NCBI GenBank assembly: GCA_046704245.1
Contig: JBJKSD010000029.1
Coordinates: 1 to 44,934 of the forward strand
Direction of reading: 5' to 3'
DNA: 44,934 bases
Source: Bacilli bacterium
GTDB taxonomy: Bacteria; Bacillota_I; Bacilli_A; RF39; UBA660
Shown here: in pieces, positions 1 through 10,371 of the stretch
Numbering within the stretch: position 1 is the stretch's first letter
How the letters are laid out: every line of letters begins with the position of its first letter
Translations under genes and position numbers: made by a program
The notes under the pieces: generated by a model
Seen by the model: only the letters and a program-made list of their open reading frames with translations
Told to the model about the DNA's origin: nothing
Database searches by the model: none

Positions 1-1297
1 GATAAGAAGCAAAGTTAATTTGGTCCCCAGCGATTGTAAATACAAAGTATATATTATTGATGAAGTTCATATGTTATCAACTGGTGCCTTTAATGCATTA
101 TTAAAAACGCTAGAGGAACCTCCCGCACACGTTATTTTTATACTCGCAACTACTGAAGCTCATAAAGTACCAATAACTATAGTTTCACGATGCCAACGTT
201 TTGATTTTAAAAAGATTGATAACAGTAATATTGAATCTAAAATAAAAAAAATAGCTAAAAAAGAAAAAATAAAAATAGATAGTGAAGCAATAAGTGAAAT
301 AGCTCGTATAGCTGATGGAGCTTTAAGAGATGCAGAAGGCATCCTAGATAAGTTAATTGCTTATAGTAGTAATAATATAACTGTCCAAGATGTTTATACT
401 ATTAATGGTGTAGTATCTAGAGATAATATAGTAATGTTATTAAAATATTTATTAGAAAACAATAAGGAAGAAGTATTAAAATTAATTGATGAGTTATATG
501 CTAGTGGTAAAGATTTATTTAAATTGATTGAAAGTAGTATGATTTTTTTAAGAGATTATATTATATTTAAAAATGCTCCTAAGTACTTTGAAAATGATAA
601 GATTTTATATAAGTTCTATAAAGATATTGATTTAAATATAGATGAAATATATATATATGATCTAATAAAAGTATTAAATGATACTAGTAATACCATGAAA
701 ATATCTAATAATCCTAAAATTATTTTAGAGATAGCCCTATTAGGATATAAAAATCACCAACCAATCAATAAAATTAATGAAGAAATAAAAAAAATAGTCA
801 ATCAGAGTGAAGTTAAAGATTATATTGAAAATATAAAAAAGATTAGAATAAATAATATTTTAGTAAAAGCTGATAAAAAAATATTAAAAGAAATAAAAGA
901 GCAGTGGTTAAAAATAAAATCATATATCGTTGATCCTATTCATGGCCCTATTGCTGGTATTTTAGTTGATGCAGATGTTAAAGCTGCTAGTGATGAAAGC
1001 ATTTTAATAGCTTTTAAAAATATAGCAATGGCCGATAGAATAAATAATAATTTAAAAATGATAGAAAAAACAATTAAAAGCATTTTTAAAAAAATGTATA
1101 AAATAATTGCTACTACTGAAGAAGATTGGGAAAAAATAAAAAGTGATTATATTCAAAAGAAGAAAAAAGGTGAAAAGTACACAATAATAGATGAACCACC
1201 TTATAGTGAAATTCCTATAGTAAGTAAAAGTGAGAATGATGAATTTTTAAAGATGACAGTTGATTTATTTGGTGAAAATGTAGTAGAGATAGATTAA
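1..1297 (+). CDS. dnaX: DNA polymerase III subunit gamma/tau, 5' end cut by window edge (codon frame starts at nt 2)
   Basis: Frame is open from nt 2. Translation shows KYKVYIIDEVHMLS (Walker B), LLKTLEEPP and SRCQRFDF clamp-loader motifs. It is followed by ybaB-recR as in most bacteria. Confidence 0.93.
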   Translation, partial: IRSKVNLVPSDCKYKVYIIDEVHMLSTGAFNALLKTLEEPPAHVIFILATTEAHKVPITIVSRCQRFDFKKIDNSNIESKIKKIAKKEKIKIDSEAISEIARIADGALRDAEGILDKLIAYSSNNITVQDVYTINGVVSRDNIVMLLKYLLENNKEEVLKLIDELYASGKDLFKLIESSMIFLRDYIIFKNAPKYFENDKILYKFYKDIDLNIDEIYIYDLIKVLNDTSNTMKISNNPKIILEIALLGYKNHQPINKINEEIKKIVNQSEVKDYIENIKKIRINNILVKADKKILKEIKEQWLKIKSYIVDPIHGPIAGILVDADVKAASDESILIAFKNIAMADRINNNLKMIEKTIKSIFKKMYKIIATTEEDWEKIKSDYIQKKKKGEKYTIIDEPPYSEIPIVSKSENDEFLKMTVDLFGENVVEID

Positions 1298-1310
1298 AGG
1301 AGATGATAAT

Positions 1311-1607
1311 ATGGATATTCAAAATATGTTAAAACAGGCACAGCGATTACAACAAGATATGTTAAAAGTAAAAAAAGAAATAGAAGAAAAAATATTTCCC
1401 GGGAAATATTCTTTTATTGAAGTTGAGGTAAATGGTAAGAAAGAAATAATAAAAATAAAGATTAATAAGGAAGAAATTAATAAAGATGATATTGAAATGC
1501 TTGAAGATATGCTAATTGTAGCTATTAATGATGCAGTTAAAAAAGTAGATAAAGAATATGAAGAGAAGATGGGAAAATTTAATTTAGGAATCCCAGGAAT
1601 GTTTTAG
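1311..1607 (+). CDS. ybaB: YbaB/EbfC family nucleoid-associated protein
   Basis: 98 aa with a Q/M-rich N-terminus (MLKQAQRLQQDMLK) and a C-terminal ...GIPGMF, typical of YbaB/YaaK. Conserved dnaX-ybaB-recR synteny and GGAG SD. Confidence 0.9.
   Translation: MDIQNMLKQAQRLQQDMLKVKKEIEEKIFPGKYSFIEVEVNGKKEIIKIKINKEEINKDDIEMLEDMLIVAINDAVKKVDKEYEEKMGKFNLGIPGMF
1393..1408. repeat. Copy 1 of exact palindrome TATTTCCCGGGAAATA (a perfect 20-bp palindrome here, 1391-1410)
   Basis: Read directly: AATATTTCCCGGGAAATATT inside ybaB, codons I-F-P-G-K-Y. Confidence 0.95.
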
Positions 1608-1617
1608 GAGTGTTAAT

Positions 1618-2217
1618 ATGATATATCCAGAAAGTTTGAAGTTTTTAGTAGAATCATTTAAAAAACTGCCAGGTATTGGTGAAAAGACAGCAGAACGTTT
1701 AGCATTTGCTGTTATTGATTTAGATGATGAATCAGCAGCTCAATTTTCTGATAGTATAAAAAATGTTAAGAATAAAATAGGTAGATGTAAAGTATGTAAT
1801 CATTTATCAGAGAAAGAAGTATGTGATATTTGTTCTGACAAAAAGAGAGATAATAAGATTTTATGTATTGTTGAGGAACCTAAAAATATTATATTGTTTG
1901 AAAAAATAGGAGTATATAATGGTCTATATCATGTGTTAGATGGATTAATTTCACCGCTTGATGGAGTTGGACCTGAGGACATAAATATTGATGGTTTAAT
2001 AAAAAGAATAGGAAAATCAAAATTTAAGGAGATTATATTTGCACTTCGTCCAAGTATTGAGGGGGAGACAACAATGCTATATATTTCTAAAATGTTAGAA
2101 GGTTCAGATATAGCTATTTCAAAAATAGCTTATGGTATTCCTATGGGCGCTGATATGGAATATATAGATGTTATGACATTAGAATTAGCACTAACTGATC
2201 GCAAAAAAATATCATAG
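1618..2217 (+). CDS. recR: Recombination protein RecR
   Basis: LPGIGEKTAERLAF helix-hairpin-helix, C4 zinc finger CKVCNHLSEKEVCDIC, Toprim region. 199 aa. Confidence 0.95.
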   Translation: MIYPESLKFLVESFKKLPGIGEKTAERLAFAVIDLDDESAAQFSDSIKNVKNKIGRCKVCNHLSEKEVCDICSDKKRDNKILCIVEEPKNIILFEKIGVYNGLYHVLDGLISPLDGVGPEDINIDGLIKRIGKSKFKEIIFALRPSIEGETTMLYISKMLEGSDIAISKIAYGIPMGADMEYIDVMTLELALTDRKKIS

Positions 2218-2255
2218 TATTTAATTTTAATCATATATACTTACTGGAGGCATAT

Positions 2256-2444
2256 ATGATTAAAAGAATATATAAAATAGTTAAATCAGTAGTATTGGCT
2301 GCTTTTGTTTTATATGGGTATAATATTATTGCAGCACCATTAAATTTAATAATTCCAATTAATTATGTAACAGTATTATTAGTAGCAATATTAGGGATAC
2401 CAGCCATATTTGGACTAGTAATAATATTATTACTAGGATTTTAA
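2256..2444 (+). CDS. bofA: Small two-TM membrane protein, BofA-like (pro-sigma-K processing inhibitor family)
   Basis: 62 aa. The ...LLVAILGIPAIFGLVIILLL motif resembles the BofA LGiPG signature. It sits after recR, as bofA does in B. subtilis. Good SD (GGAGG). Confidence 0.5.
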   Translation: MIKRIYKIVKSVVLAAFVLYGYNIIAAPLNLIIPINYVTVLLVAILGIPAIFGLVIILLLGF

Positions 2445-2456
2445 GAGGGTGATGAT

Positions 2457-3440
2457 ATGTTTGATGATTATAAAGTGGGACAACCATTAGTATATGATTT
2501 TTTAATAAATAGCATCAAAAATAATAAAATATCACATGCTTATCTATTTGATGTAAGTGGTTTGAATAATAAAGATAAGTTTGCCATAGCATTTGCTAAG
2601 CTTTTAATTTGCCCTAATTTTTTTTCTAATATTATAGATAAATGTAATAATTGTAATCTATGTAATAGAATTGATAACGGTAATTATACAGAAATTAAAA
2701 TTGTTGAGCCAGATGGTTTATGGATACGAAAAGAGCAAGTTATGGAATTACAACAAGCATTTGCTACTAAAGCTGTCGAAGGAAAATATAAAATATATAT
2801 AATAAAAGATAGTGAACGCCTAAATAAGCATGCTGCTAACAGTATTTTAAAATTTTTAGAGGAACCAGCTGATAATATAATAGCAATTTTATTAACTAAT
2901 AATATTTATCAAATGTTACCAACTATCTTATCTCGTTGTCAAATTATTACTTTAGCTAAGGAATTAACTGATGATAGATTAGATGAATATAAAAAGCAAT
3001 TTGGAATGGCGAAAGCTAAATTATTATCTTATCTATCTTATAATTTTAAAAATAATAATAATAATTTAAATATTGATAATTATGTAAATATGATTGATAT
3101 AGCGATTAAATTTATCATTAAACTAGAGGAAAATAAACATTATGGTTTGTTAGTATCAAAAAAAATGTGGCATGATTATTTTATTGATAAAGATCATATT
3201 TTATTTGGATTAGATGCGATTATTCTGTTTTACAGAGATGTAATCAATGATATATGTAACCGCGAGATAGAATTTTTTAATGAATATCATAAAGATATAA
3301 AGAATATTGCTAAATTAAATGATATAATGCAAGTAATAGATAAAATTAAGATTATTGTTGATATGAAAGAAAAAATTAATAATAATATCAATAACCAATT
3401 ATTAATTGATAAACTAATTATTGAAATAGCGGAGGTGTAA
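2457..3440 (+). CDS. holB: DNA polymerase III subunit delta prime
   Basis: HAYLF N-terminal box, Cys-rich module CNNCNLCNRI, LKFLEEP and SRCQ motifs. 327 aa. holB-yaaT synteny. Confidence 0.85.
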   Translation: MFDDYKVGQPLVYDFLINSIKNNKISHAYLFDVSGLNNKDKFAIAFAKLLICPNFFSNIIDKCNNCNLCNRIDNGNYTEIKIVEPDGLWIRKEQVMELQQAFATKAVEGKYKIYIIKDSERLNKHAANSILKFLEEPADNIIAILLTNNIYQMLPTILSRCQIITLAKELTDDRLDEYKKQFGMAKAKLLSYLSYNFKNNNNNLNIDNYVNMIDIAIKFIIKLEENKHYGLLVSKKMWHDYFIDKDHILFGLDAIILFYRDVINDICNREIEFFNEYHKDIKNIAKLNDIMQVIDKIKIIVDMKEKINNNINNQLLIDKLIIEIAEV

Positions 3441-3441
3441 T

Positions 3442-4239
3442 ATGTTTAAAGTAGTTGGAGTAACTTTTAATGAGGGTGGTAGAACTTATTTTTTCTCTCC
3501 TAATGACTTAGATTTAAAAAAGGGGATGGATGTTATTGTTGAGACTGAAAAGGGTCTCCAATACGCTAAAATTAGTTCTGACCTTAAAGAGGAAAAAAAG
3601 CAAAATTTATTATTACCTTTAAAGAAAGTTATTAGAATTGCTACATATGATGATAAAAGAGTTAATCAACGAAATATAAAAGATGCGCAGACAGCTATAA
3701 ATGAATGTAATAAATTAATCAAGAAACACGAATTAGATATGCGTTTAGTAGATGCTAATTTTACTTTTGATCGCAAGCAATTAATATTTTATTTTTTATC
3801 AGATAATCGCGTTGACTTTCGCCAATTAGCTAAAGATTTAGCGCAAATTTATAAAACGAGAATAGAATTAAGGCAAATTGGTGTTCGTGATAAAGCAAAA
3901 GGAACTGGAGGTTTAGGTCCTTGCGGTAGAATGTTATGTTGTGCAAGATTTTTAACTGATTTTGAAAGTGTATCGATAAATATGGCTAAAAATCAGAACC
4001 TTGCTTTAAATCCTACAAAAATAAATGGTGTTTGTGGCCGCCTTCTATGTTGTTTAAATTATGAAGATGATAATTATCGAGTATGTAAAAGAGGTTTACC
4101 TGAAATAGGGAAGAAAATAAAAACTAAATTTGGTGAGGGCGAAGTAGTGTCGGTTGATATTTTAAATCGTACTTATCGTATATTTATAGAAGGACACGGT
4201 TATATAGAAGAAAAATTAGATGAAGTAAAAAAGAAATAA
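3442..4239 (+). CDS. ricT: PSP1 domain protein RicT/YaaT
   Basis: YFFSPNDLDLKKGMDVIVETEKGLQYAKI N-terminus and the Cys cluster GPCGRMLCCARFL...GVCGRLLCCLNYE, typical of YaaT. Confidence 0.9.
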   Translation: MFKVVGVTFNEGGRTYFFSPNDLDLKKGMDVIVETEKGLQYAKISSDLKEEKKQNLLLPLKKVIRIATYDDKRVNQRNIKDAQTAINECNKLIKKHELDMRLVDANFTFDRKQLIFYFLSDNRVDFRQLAKDLAQIYKTRIELRQIGVRDKAKGTGGLGPCGRMLCCARFLTDFESVSINMAKNQNLALNPTKINGVCGRLLCCLNYEDDNYRVCKRGLPEIGKKIKTKFGEGEVVSVDILNRTYRIFIEGHGYIEEKLDEVKKK

Positions 4240-4258
4240 AAAGATATGAGGAATGTAA

Positions 4259-5092
4259 ATGTGGCGAAAAAGTTATGATGGTTCTCCATCATTGTATTTA
4301 ATACCTACACCTATTGGTAATCTAGATGATATAACACTAAGGGCTATTAAACTATTACAAGAAGTAGAAGTTATATTTTGCGAAGATACTAGAGTTACTG
4401 GTGAGTTATTAAATTATTTAAATATAAAGAAAAAATTAATATCATGTAACGAGCAAAATGAAAATAAGATTAAAGAAACTATTTTAGAATACTTACAACA
4501 AAATAAAAATATTGCCCTAGTTACTGATAGAGGAACACCAATAATAAGTGATCCCGGATATAAAATAATTAGTTATATCATTAAAGAGGGATATAATGTT
4601 ATTGGATTACCCGGACCAACTGCCCTGATTCCGGCTTTAATTGTTTCTGGTATAGCACCACACCCTTTTCTTTTCTATGGCTTTTTAAATAGTAAAGAAG
4701 TAAAAAAAGAAAAGGAGTTAGAAAAATTAAAATCAATGGAGCATACAATTATATTTTATGAAGCTCCCCATCGAATTAAAAATACATTATTAAAAATTAA
4801 AGAAATATTAGGTAATCGTAAAGTTTCTATTTCCCGGGAAATAAGTAAAAAATTTGAAGAGATATTTTATGGAACGGTTGAAGAGAGTATTAATGAAAAT
4901 ATTAATTTAAAAGGGGAATTTGTTATAGTGGTTGAAGGAAATAATGAAAAAGATTATAATCATCTGACTATTATTGAACATATTAACCTATATATAAAAG
5001 AAGGGTATAGTGAAAAAGAAGCAATAAAGAAAGTAGCTAACGATAGAAATATAGCTAAAAATATTATCTATAAGGAATATCATGTGAGGTGA
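4259..5092 (+). CDS. rsmI: 16S rRNA (cytidine1402-2'-O)-methyltransferase
   Basis: LYLIPTPIGNLDDITLRA, CEDTR, ISDPG and FYEAPHR motifs of the tetrapyrrole-methylase-fold RsmI/YabC family. Confidence 0.92.
   Translation: MWRKSYDGSPSLYLIPTPIGNLDDITLRAIKLLQEVEVIFCEDTRVTGELLNYLNIKKKLISCNEQNENKIKETILEYLQQNKNIALVTDRGTPIISDPGYKIISYIIKEGYNVIGLPGPTALIPALIVSGIAPHPFLFYGFLNSKEVKKEKELEKLKSMEHTIIFYEAPHRIKNTLLKIKEILGNRKVSISREISKKFEEIFYGTVEESINENINLKGEFVIVVEGNNEKDYNHLTIIEHINLYIKEGYSEKEAIKKVANDRNIAKNIIYKEYHVR
4828..4843. repeat. Copy 2 of exact palindrome TATTTCCCGGGAAATA
   Basis: Read directly, inside rsmI in a different reading frame (codons S-I-S-R-E-I). Confidence 0.95.
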
Positions 5093-5096
5093 GATA

Positions 5097-5669
5097 ATGA
5101 AATTAATTGTTGGACTAGGAAATCCAGGAGAAAAATACACTAATAATCGTCATAATGTCGGTTTTAAAGTAATAGATGAAATTAGTAAAAGATTAAATAT
5201 AAATGTTAGTAAAGAAAAATTTGGTGGTCTTTATGGTGATGGTTTATATAAAGAAGAAAAGATTATTTTATTAAAACCAATGACATATATCAATTTATCT
5301 GGTGAGGTTATAAGACAATATATTGCTTTTTATAAAATCAATATTGACGATATTTTAATTATTAGTGATGATTTAGATATTGAATTAGGGGGTTTAAAAC
5401 TAAAACAAAGTGGTGGATCAGGAGGCCATAATGGTCTTAAAAACATTGAATTACATTTAGAAACTGATAATTATAAACGATTAAAAATAGGTATATCCAA
5501 AGATAAAACTATATTAACTAAAGATTATGTATTGGGTAATTTTACCGAAAATGAGCAAAATATAATTAATAAGACAATTGAAAGAGCTGCTGATATCTGT
5601 ATTGATTTTATTACAATAGAATTTATGCAACTGATGAATAAGTATAATACAAAAGAGGAGATCATTTAA
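5097..5669 (+). CDS. pth: Peptidyl-tRNA hydrolase
   Basis: MKLIVGLGNPGEKYTNNRHNVGF start and GGHNGLKNI motif. 190 aa. Confidence 0.95.
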   Translation: MKLIVGLGNPGEKYTNNRHNVGFKVIDEISKRLNINVSKEKFGGLYGDGLYKEEKIILLKPMTYINLSGEVIRQYIAFYKINIDDILIISDDLDIELGGLKLKQSGGSGGHNGLKNIELHLETDNYKRLKIGISKDKTILTKDYVLGNFTENEQNIINKTIERAADICIDFITIEFMQLMNKYNTKEEII

Positions 5670-5699
5670 AATTGATCTTTTTCATGCGGAGGGGAAACA

Positions 5700-8600
5700 A
5701 TGAGTATATTCAACAATATATTTAAAGATATAGATAATAATATAAATGTTGTTGGCTTAAATGATGAATTAAATGCTATATATATATATTCATATTTTAA
5801 GAAAAATAATGAAGATGTTATTGTTGTAACTAATACATTATTTGAAGCTAATAAATTATATGATTCACTTAGAACATACACTGATGAAGTGTATTTTTTC
5901 CCAGCTGATGATTTTCTTACTAGCGAAGCTATAGCTATAAGCCCCGATTTAAAGCTTATTAGATTAGATACTATTAATCATTTAATTGATAAAGGACATA
6001 AGATAGTGGTTACCCATCTAATGGGATATTTAAGATATTTACCCACTAAACAATTATGGCAAGATAGTATTATTCATCTTAAAGTAAATGATGAGTATGA
6101 TATAAAGGAATTATTTAAAAAACTATTTAATATTGGTTATACTCGGGAAATAATAGTAGGGAAGACTGGGGAAATGGCGTTAAGAGGCTATGTTTTAGAT
6201 ATTTTCCCTATTAATGAAAAGAAAGCTATTAGATTGGAATTTTTTGGTGATACAATAGAATCAATAAGATATTTTGATGTTGATACTCAACGCTCATTAG
6301 GAGACCTTAACAAAATATCAATATATCCATATGATGAATTTATTGTACCAGATAATATAAATGAAGATGTTTTAAGAAAACAAAAAAACTTACCATTAAT
6401 TTTAAAAGATATAGCGTCAATAAAAGATTATTTAACTAATCCAACTATTGTGTATAAAGATTATAATCAATTAAAAAATGCTTATTTAATTTTAAGAGAA
6501 GAAATTTATAACTACCATATTGAGAAAGATGTAAATACCAAGACTAATTATATGCATGATTTTTATGATATATATTCACCTAAAAATATATATTTAATGA
6601 CTATCGATAATGTGATTGATAAAAATATAAAAGTTAGAAAATACGATAGTAAAGAAATAGACAAATTTGATGGAAATATTATAAAAATAAAAAATTATAT
6701 CAATAATATGATAAAGTTAAATAAGACTGTAATAATTGCCTTAACTAATGATCTGCATATTAATAATTTTATAAAACATTTGGATGAAAATTATGTTATT
6801 ACTAATGAAAATAAGATAATAGATAAAAGGATTAATATTATTAAAAGAGATATTAATCATGGATTTATTATTGGTGATCTAGTAGTTATTACTGAATATG
6901 AATTATTTAAAGCTAGAACTGAAGTTATAAAGAAACAATCTAACTTTAAATATAGTACTAAAATAAAAGATATTGCTAAAATAAAAATAGGTGACTATGT
7001 TGTTCACAATACTCATGGTATAGGTATTTATATGGGCGTTACAACATTGACTGTCAATGGTCTTAAAAAAGACTACCTATTAATTAAATATAGTGGTAAT
7101 GATAAATTATATATACCAGTTGAAAAGATAGATTTAATAAGTAAGTTTTCAGGTTCTGAATCTTATACTCCTAAAATAAATCATCTAGGAGGTACTGAAT
7201 GGCAGAAGACTAAACTACGTATTAAGGGTAAAATAAAAGATATTGCTGATAAATTGTTAAAATTAGCAGCCATTAGGGAAGCAACTATTGGTTATAAATT
7301 TAATAAAGATACTGAAGAGCAATTAATATTTGAAAAAGGTTTTATTTATGAAGAAACAGAGGATCAGATTAGAGCTACCGAAGAAATAAAGAAAGATATG
7401 GAAAAAGATAGACCAATGGATAGATTATTATGTGGTGATGTTGGTTATGGTAAAACTGAAGTAGCTTTTAGAGCTATGTTTAAAGCGGTATTAAACGCTA
7501 AACAAGTAGCTTATTTATGCCCCACCACTATTCTTTCTAAACAACAGTATGAAAGTGCTTTAGAACGATTTTCAGACTTTCCAATTAATATTGAATTGTT
7601 AAATAGATTTACCCCTTTAAAAAAAGAAAAACAGATCATAGAGGACTTAAAAAATGGTAGAGTAGATATCTTATTTGGCACCCATAAAATATTAAATGAG
7701 AAAGTTAAATTTAAGGACCTAGGCTTGTTAATAGTTGATGAGGAACAGAGGTTTGGAGTTCTCCAGAAGGAAAAAATTAAAGAGTATAAAGCTAATGTTG
7801 ATGTATTAACATTATCAGCTACTCCTATTCCAAGAACTTTGCAGATGTCAATGATAGGACTTAGAGATTTATCATTAATAGAAACACCCCCTATCAATAG
7901 ATATCCAATTCAAACTTATGTATTACCTTTTAACTTAGAAATAATAAAACAAGCTGTATATAGAGAGTTGTCGCGTCATGGACAAGTATTTATCTTATAT
8001 AATAAGGTTGATAATATGCTTGATAAGGTAGAAGAGATAAGTAAATTAGTTCCTGATGCCTCAGTAACTTATGCTCATGGTCAAATGAAGAAAACAGAAC
8101 TTGAAAGGAGGATGTTATCTTTCATAAATAAGGAATATGATATTCTAGTTTGTAGTACGATAATTGAAACTGGAATAGATATTCCTAATGTCAATACTTT
8201 AATAATAATTGATGCTGATAAGTTTGGGCTCAGTCAACTTTATCAAATAAGAGGTAGAGTAGGTCGCAGTGATCGAATTGCCTATGCTTATTTAATGTAT
8301 GATGACCGTAAAGTACTAAATGATAATGCAGTAAAAAGACTAAATGTCATAAAGGAGTTCACTGAGTTAGGAAGTGGTTTTGCGATAGCTGCTAGAGATT
8401 TATCGATACGAGGTGCTGGTGATATTCTCGGTAGTGAACAGGCAGGCTTTATCGATGCTATAGGAATAGAATTATATATTAAAATGTTAAATGAAGAAGT
8501 AGCTAGATTAAAGGGAGAAAAGATTCCAATTGAAGAAGAAGTATCAATTGATGAAAAACCACTAATCAACGTTGAAACCCATATTGATGATAAATATGTA

Positions 8601-9026
8601 TCAGAAGAAGAAATTAAGATAGAGATTCATAAGAAAATTAACAACATTGATTCATTAGTTAAATTAAAAGCTATTAAAGAAGAATTAGAAGATCGATTTG
8701 GAAAAATATCTGATAGTATTGAAATCTATATGTATCAAGAATGGTTCGAAAAATTAGCTAAAAAATTAAATATTATTAAAGTAGTACAAACTAACAAAGA
8801 TATAGAAATTACATTTGCACCCATTATTTCAAGCCGTATAGACGGTGAGAAATTATTTATGGCAGCATATAATATTAGTAATATGTTTCAATTTAAATAT
8901 AAAAAAGATCGATTGAGTATTAAATTAAATATCAACAAATTAAAAAAACACTATATATATTATGTGACAGAATTACTTCAATCAATGATAAAAATGATAT
9001 CTAATAAAAATATTAATATTAATTGA
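5700..9026 (+). CDS. mfd: Transcription-repair coupling factor
   Basis: 1108 aa. UvrB-like N-terminus, RNAP-interaction (CarD-like) region VVHNTHGIGIY, helicase motifs GDVGYGKTEVA, DEEQRFGV, SATPIPRT and QLYQIRGRVGRS. pth-mfd synteny. Confidence 0.95.
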   Translation: MSIFNNIFKDIDNNINVVGLNDELNAIYIYSYFKKNNEDVIVVTNTLFEANKLYDSLRTYTDEVYFFPADDFLTSEAIAISPDLKLIRLDTINHLIDKGHKIVVTHLMGYLRYLPTKQLWQDSIIHLKVNDEYDIKELFKKLFNIGYTREIIVGKTGEMALRGYVLDIFPINEKKAIRLEFFGDTIESIRYFDVDTQRSLGDLNKISIYPYDEFIVPDNINEDVLRKQKNLPLILKDIASIKDYLTNPTIVYKDYNQLKNAYLILREEIYNYHIEKDVNTKTNYMHDFYDIYSPKNIYLMTIDNVIDKNIKVRKYDSKEIDKFDGNIIKIKNYINNMIKLNKTVIIALTNDLHINNFIKHLDENYVITNENKIIDKRINIIKRDINHGFIIGDLVVITEYELFKARTEVIKKQSNFKYSTKIKDIAKIKIGDYVVHNTHGIGIYMGVTTLTVNGLKKDYLLIKYSGNDKLYIPVEKIDLISKFSGSESYTPKINHLGGTEWQKTKLRIKGKIKDIADKLLKLAAIREATIGYKFNKDTEEQLIFEKGFIYEETEDQIRATEEIKKDMEKDRPMDRLLCGDVGYGKTEVAFRAMFKAVLNAKQVAYLCPTTILSKQQYESALERFSDFPINIELLNRFTPLKKEKQIIEDLKNGRVDILFGTHKILNEKVKFKDLGLLIVDEEQRFGVLQKEKIKEYKANVDVLTLSATPIPRTLQMSMIGLRDLSLIETPPINRYPIQTYVLPFNLEIIKQAVYRELSRHGQVFILYNKVDNMLDKVEEISKLVPDASVTYAHGQMKKTELERRMLSFINKEYDILVCSTIIETGIDIPNVNTLIIIDADKFGLSQLYQIRGRVGRSDRIAYAYLMYDDRKVLNDNAVKRLNVIKEFTELGSGFAIAARDLSIRGAGDILGSEQAGFIDAIGIELYIKMLNEEVARLKGEKIPIEEEVSIDEKPLINVETHIDDKYVSEEEIKIEIHKKINNIDSLVKLKAIKEELEDRFGKISDSIEIYMYQEWFEKLAKKLNIIKVVQTNKDIEITFAPIISSRIDGEKLFMAAYNISNMFQFKYKKDRLSIKLNINKLKKHYIYYVTELLQSMIKMISNKNININ

Positions 9027-9091
9027 TTGTAATATTTTGGCAAATATCACGCACAATATTTATAGAAACTTAAAGGAAGGTGAGGTATGCC

Positions 9092-9625
9092 ATGAAAGCT
9101 ACTGGTATTGTAAGAAGAATAGATGATTTAGGTCGTATAGTAATACCTAAAGAGATAAGAAGAACATTTAGAATAAGAGAAGGAGAATCGTTAGAAATAT
9201 TTATTGATGATAATAACAATATAATATTAAAAAAACATTCGCCTATGGAACCCTTAAAAGAATTTGCTTTAAAATATGTTGAATCTATTTATCCATTAAT
9301 AAAACAAAATATAATTATAACTGATAGAGATAAAATATTAGCTGTTGCCGGACCAGATAAGGAGAAATATACTGGCAAATATATAAGCCAATATTTAGAA
9401 GATTTTTTACTTCGTCGTGATAATTTTGTCGAAAAATATAAAAAAGAAGTTGAATTTACTCCTGGAGTTAAAGAAGAAGCTATATATTCAATCAGCCCAA
9501 TAGTGGTAAATGGTGATGCTATTGGATTAGTTATTATCTTTACTAATAATGATGATACAACCTTTATTGAGAATAAAACAACCAATATTGCTGCACAATT
9601 TTTAAGCAAAAATGTTGAAAGTTAA
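9092..9625 (+). CDS. spoVT: Stage V sporulation transcriptional regulator SpoVT (AbrB-type SpoVT/AbrB N-domain plus GAF-like C-domain)
   Basis: MKATGIVRRIDDLGRIVIPKEIRRTFRIREGESLEIF is almost identical to the B. subtilis SpoVT N-terminus. Length is 177 aa from the ATG at 9092, which I prefer over the track's GTG at 9080 because of SD spacing and homology. mfd-spoVT synteny. Confidence 0.85.
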   Translation: MKATGIVRRIDDLGRIVIPKEIRRTFRIREGESLEIFIDDNNNIILKKHSPMEPLKEFALKYVESIYPLIKQNIIITDRDKILAVAGPDKEKYTGKYISQYLEDFLLRRDNFVEKYKKEVEFTPGVKEEAIYSISPIVVNGDAIGLVIIFTNNDDTTFIENKTTNIAAQFLSKNVES

Positions 9626-9654
9626 ACTTTAATATGGTAATATATAGAAAATAT

Positions 9655-9871
9655 TTAAAGATGTTGAAGGAAAGAGTAAATAATATTAATTATGTAAAGA
9701 GAGCTTTGACGGTGAAAATAAGCCATAAAATATTATTGAAGATGATTCCCGAATCGTTTAACCGATATGTAGGTTAGAATCGCTATGTGCGTTAACACTA
9801 ATGAGTGCATAAATTATTATGAACTAAGGTGGTACCGCGTATTAACGTCCTTATATTAAGGGCGTTTTTTT
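9655..9871 (+). promoter_or_regulatory. T-box leader (tRNA-sensing riboswitch), Met specifier, with intrinsic terminator
   Basis: Stem I elements AGAGAG and GACGGUGAAAA are present. Candidate specifier is AUG at 9742-9744, in the context GAAG-AUG-A. Canonical T-box sequence AACUAAGGUGGUACCGCG lies at 9822-9839. Terminator hairpin ACGUCCUUA-N-UAAGGGCGU plus a U7 run lies at 9844-9871. A methionyl-tRNA synthetase gene lies downstream. Confidence 0.8.
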
Positions 9872-9891
9872 ATTAGGAAGGTGGAGCAATA

Positions 9892-10371
9892 GTGAAAGCA
9901 AGAGGATTTGAAAAAATAGGTTTAGAGCAATTTAAGAATGATTTTAATGAACTAGATGTTAATTATGAAGATTTAATATTACCAAGAAGAAGCACTAAAG
10001 TTTCAGCGGGGTATGATTTTTTTGCACCATTTGATTTTATACTTAAGCCTAATGATATAATAAAAATACCTAGTGGTATTAAAGTATATATGCAGAATGA
10101 TGAGTATTTAGCTATTTTTGTAAGAGGAAGTGTAGGTTTTAAATATAATGTTAGATTATGTAATCAAACAGGTATTATTGATGCCGATTATTACAACAAT
10201 CCTTCTAATGAAGGGCATATATTTATAGCTTTGAAAAATGAAGGGGATAAGGATTGGATAATTAAAAAAGGTGATAAAATAGTTCAAGGAATATTCTGTA
10301 AATATTTATTAGTAGATAACGATAATGCTATTGATAAAGAAAGAGCTGGGGGATTTGGAAGCACTAACTAA
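9892..10371 (+). CDS. dut: dUTP diphosphatase (trimeric dUTPase, YncF/YosS-like)
   Basis: RGFE..., LPRRSTKVSAGYDFFAP, GIIDADYYNNPSNEGHIFIAL and a C-terminal RAGGFGSTN motif. GTG start with GGAAGGTGGAG SD. Confidence 0.85.
   Translation: MKARGFEKIGLEQFKNDFNELDVNYEDLILPRRSTKVSAGYDFFAPFDFILKPNDIIKIPSGIKVYMQNDEYLAIFVRGSVGFKYNVRLCNQTGIIDADYYNNPSNEGHIFIALKNEGDKDWIIKKGDKIVQGIFCKYLLVDNDNAIDKERAGGFGSTN

Noticed and set aside
244-250. A AAA AAA slippery heptamer in dnaX, considered as a possible tau/gamma programmed frameshift site
   Set aside because: It lies in the N-terminal ATPase/lid region rather than after domain III, where the E. coli gamma frameshift occurs. A-runs like this are ubiquitous in this AT-rich sequence, and there is no downstream stem-loop.
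9027-9091. Attempt to assign a forespore sigma-G/sigma-F promoter upstream of spoVT, and a sigma-H promoter upstream of spoVG
   Set aside because: Only partial matches (for example CACAATA versus CATNNTA) with poor -35 elements. This is not supportable from sequence alone.
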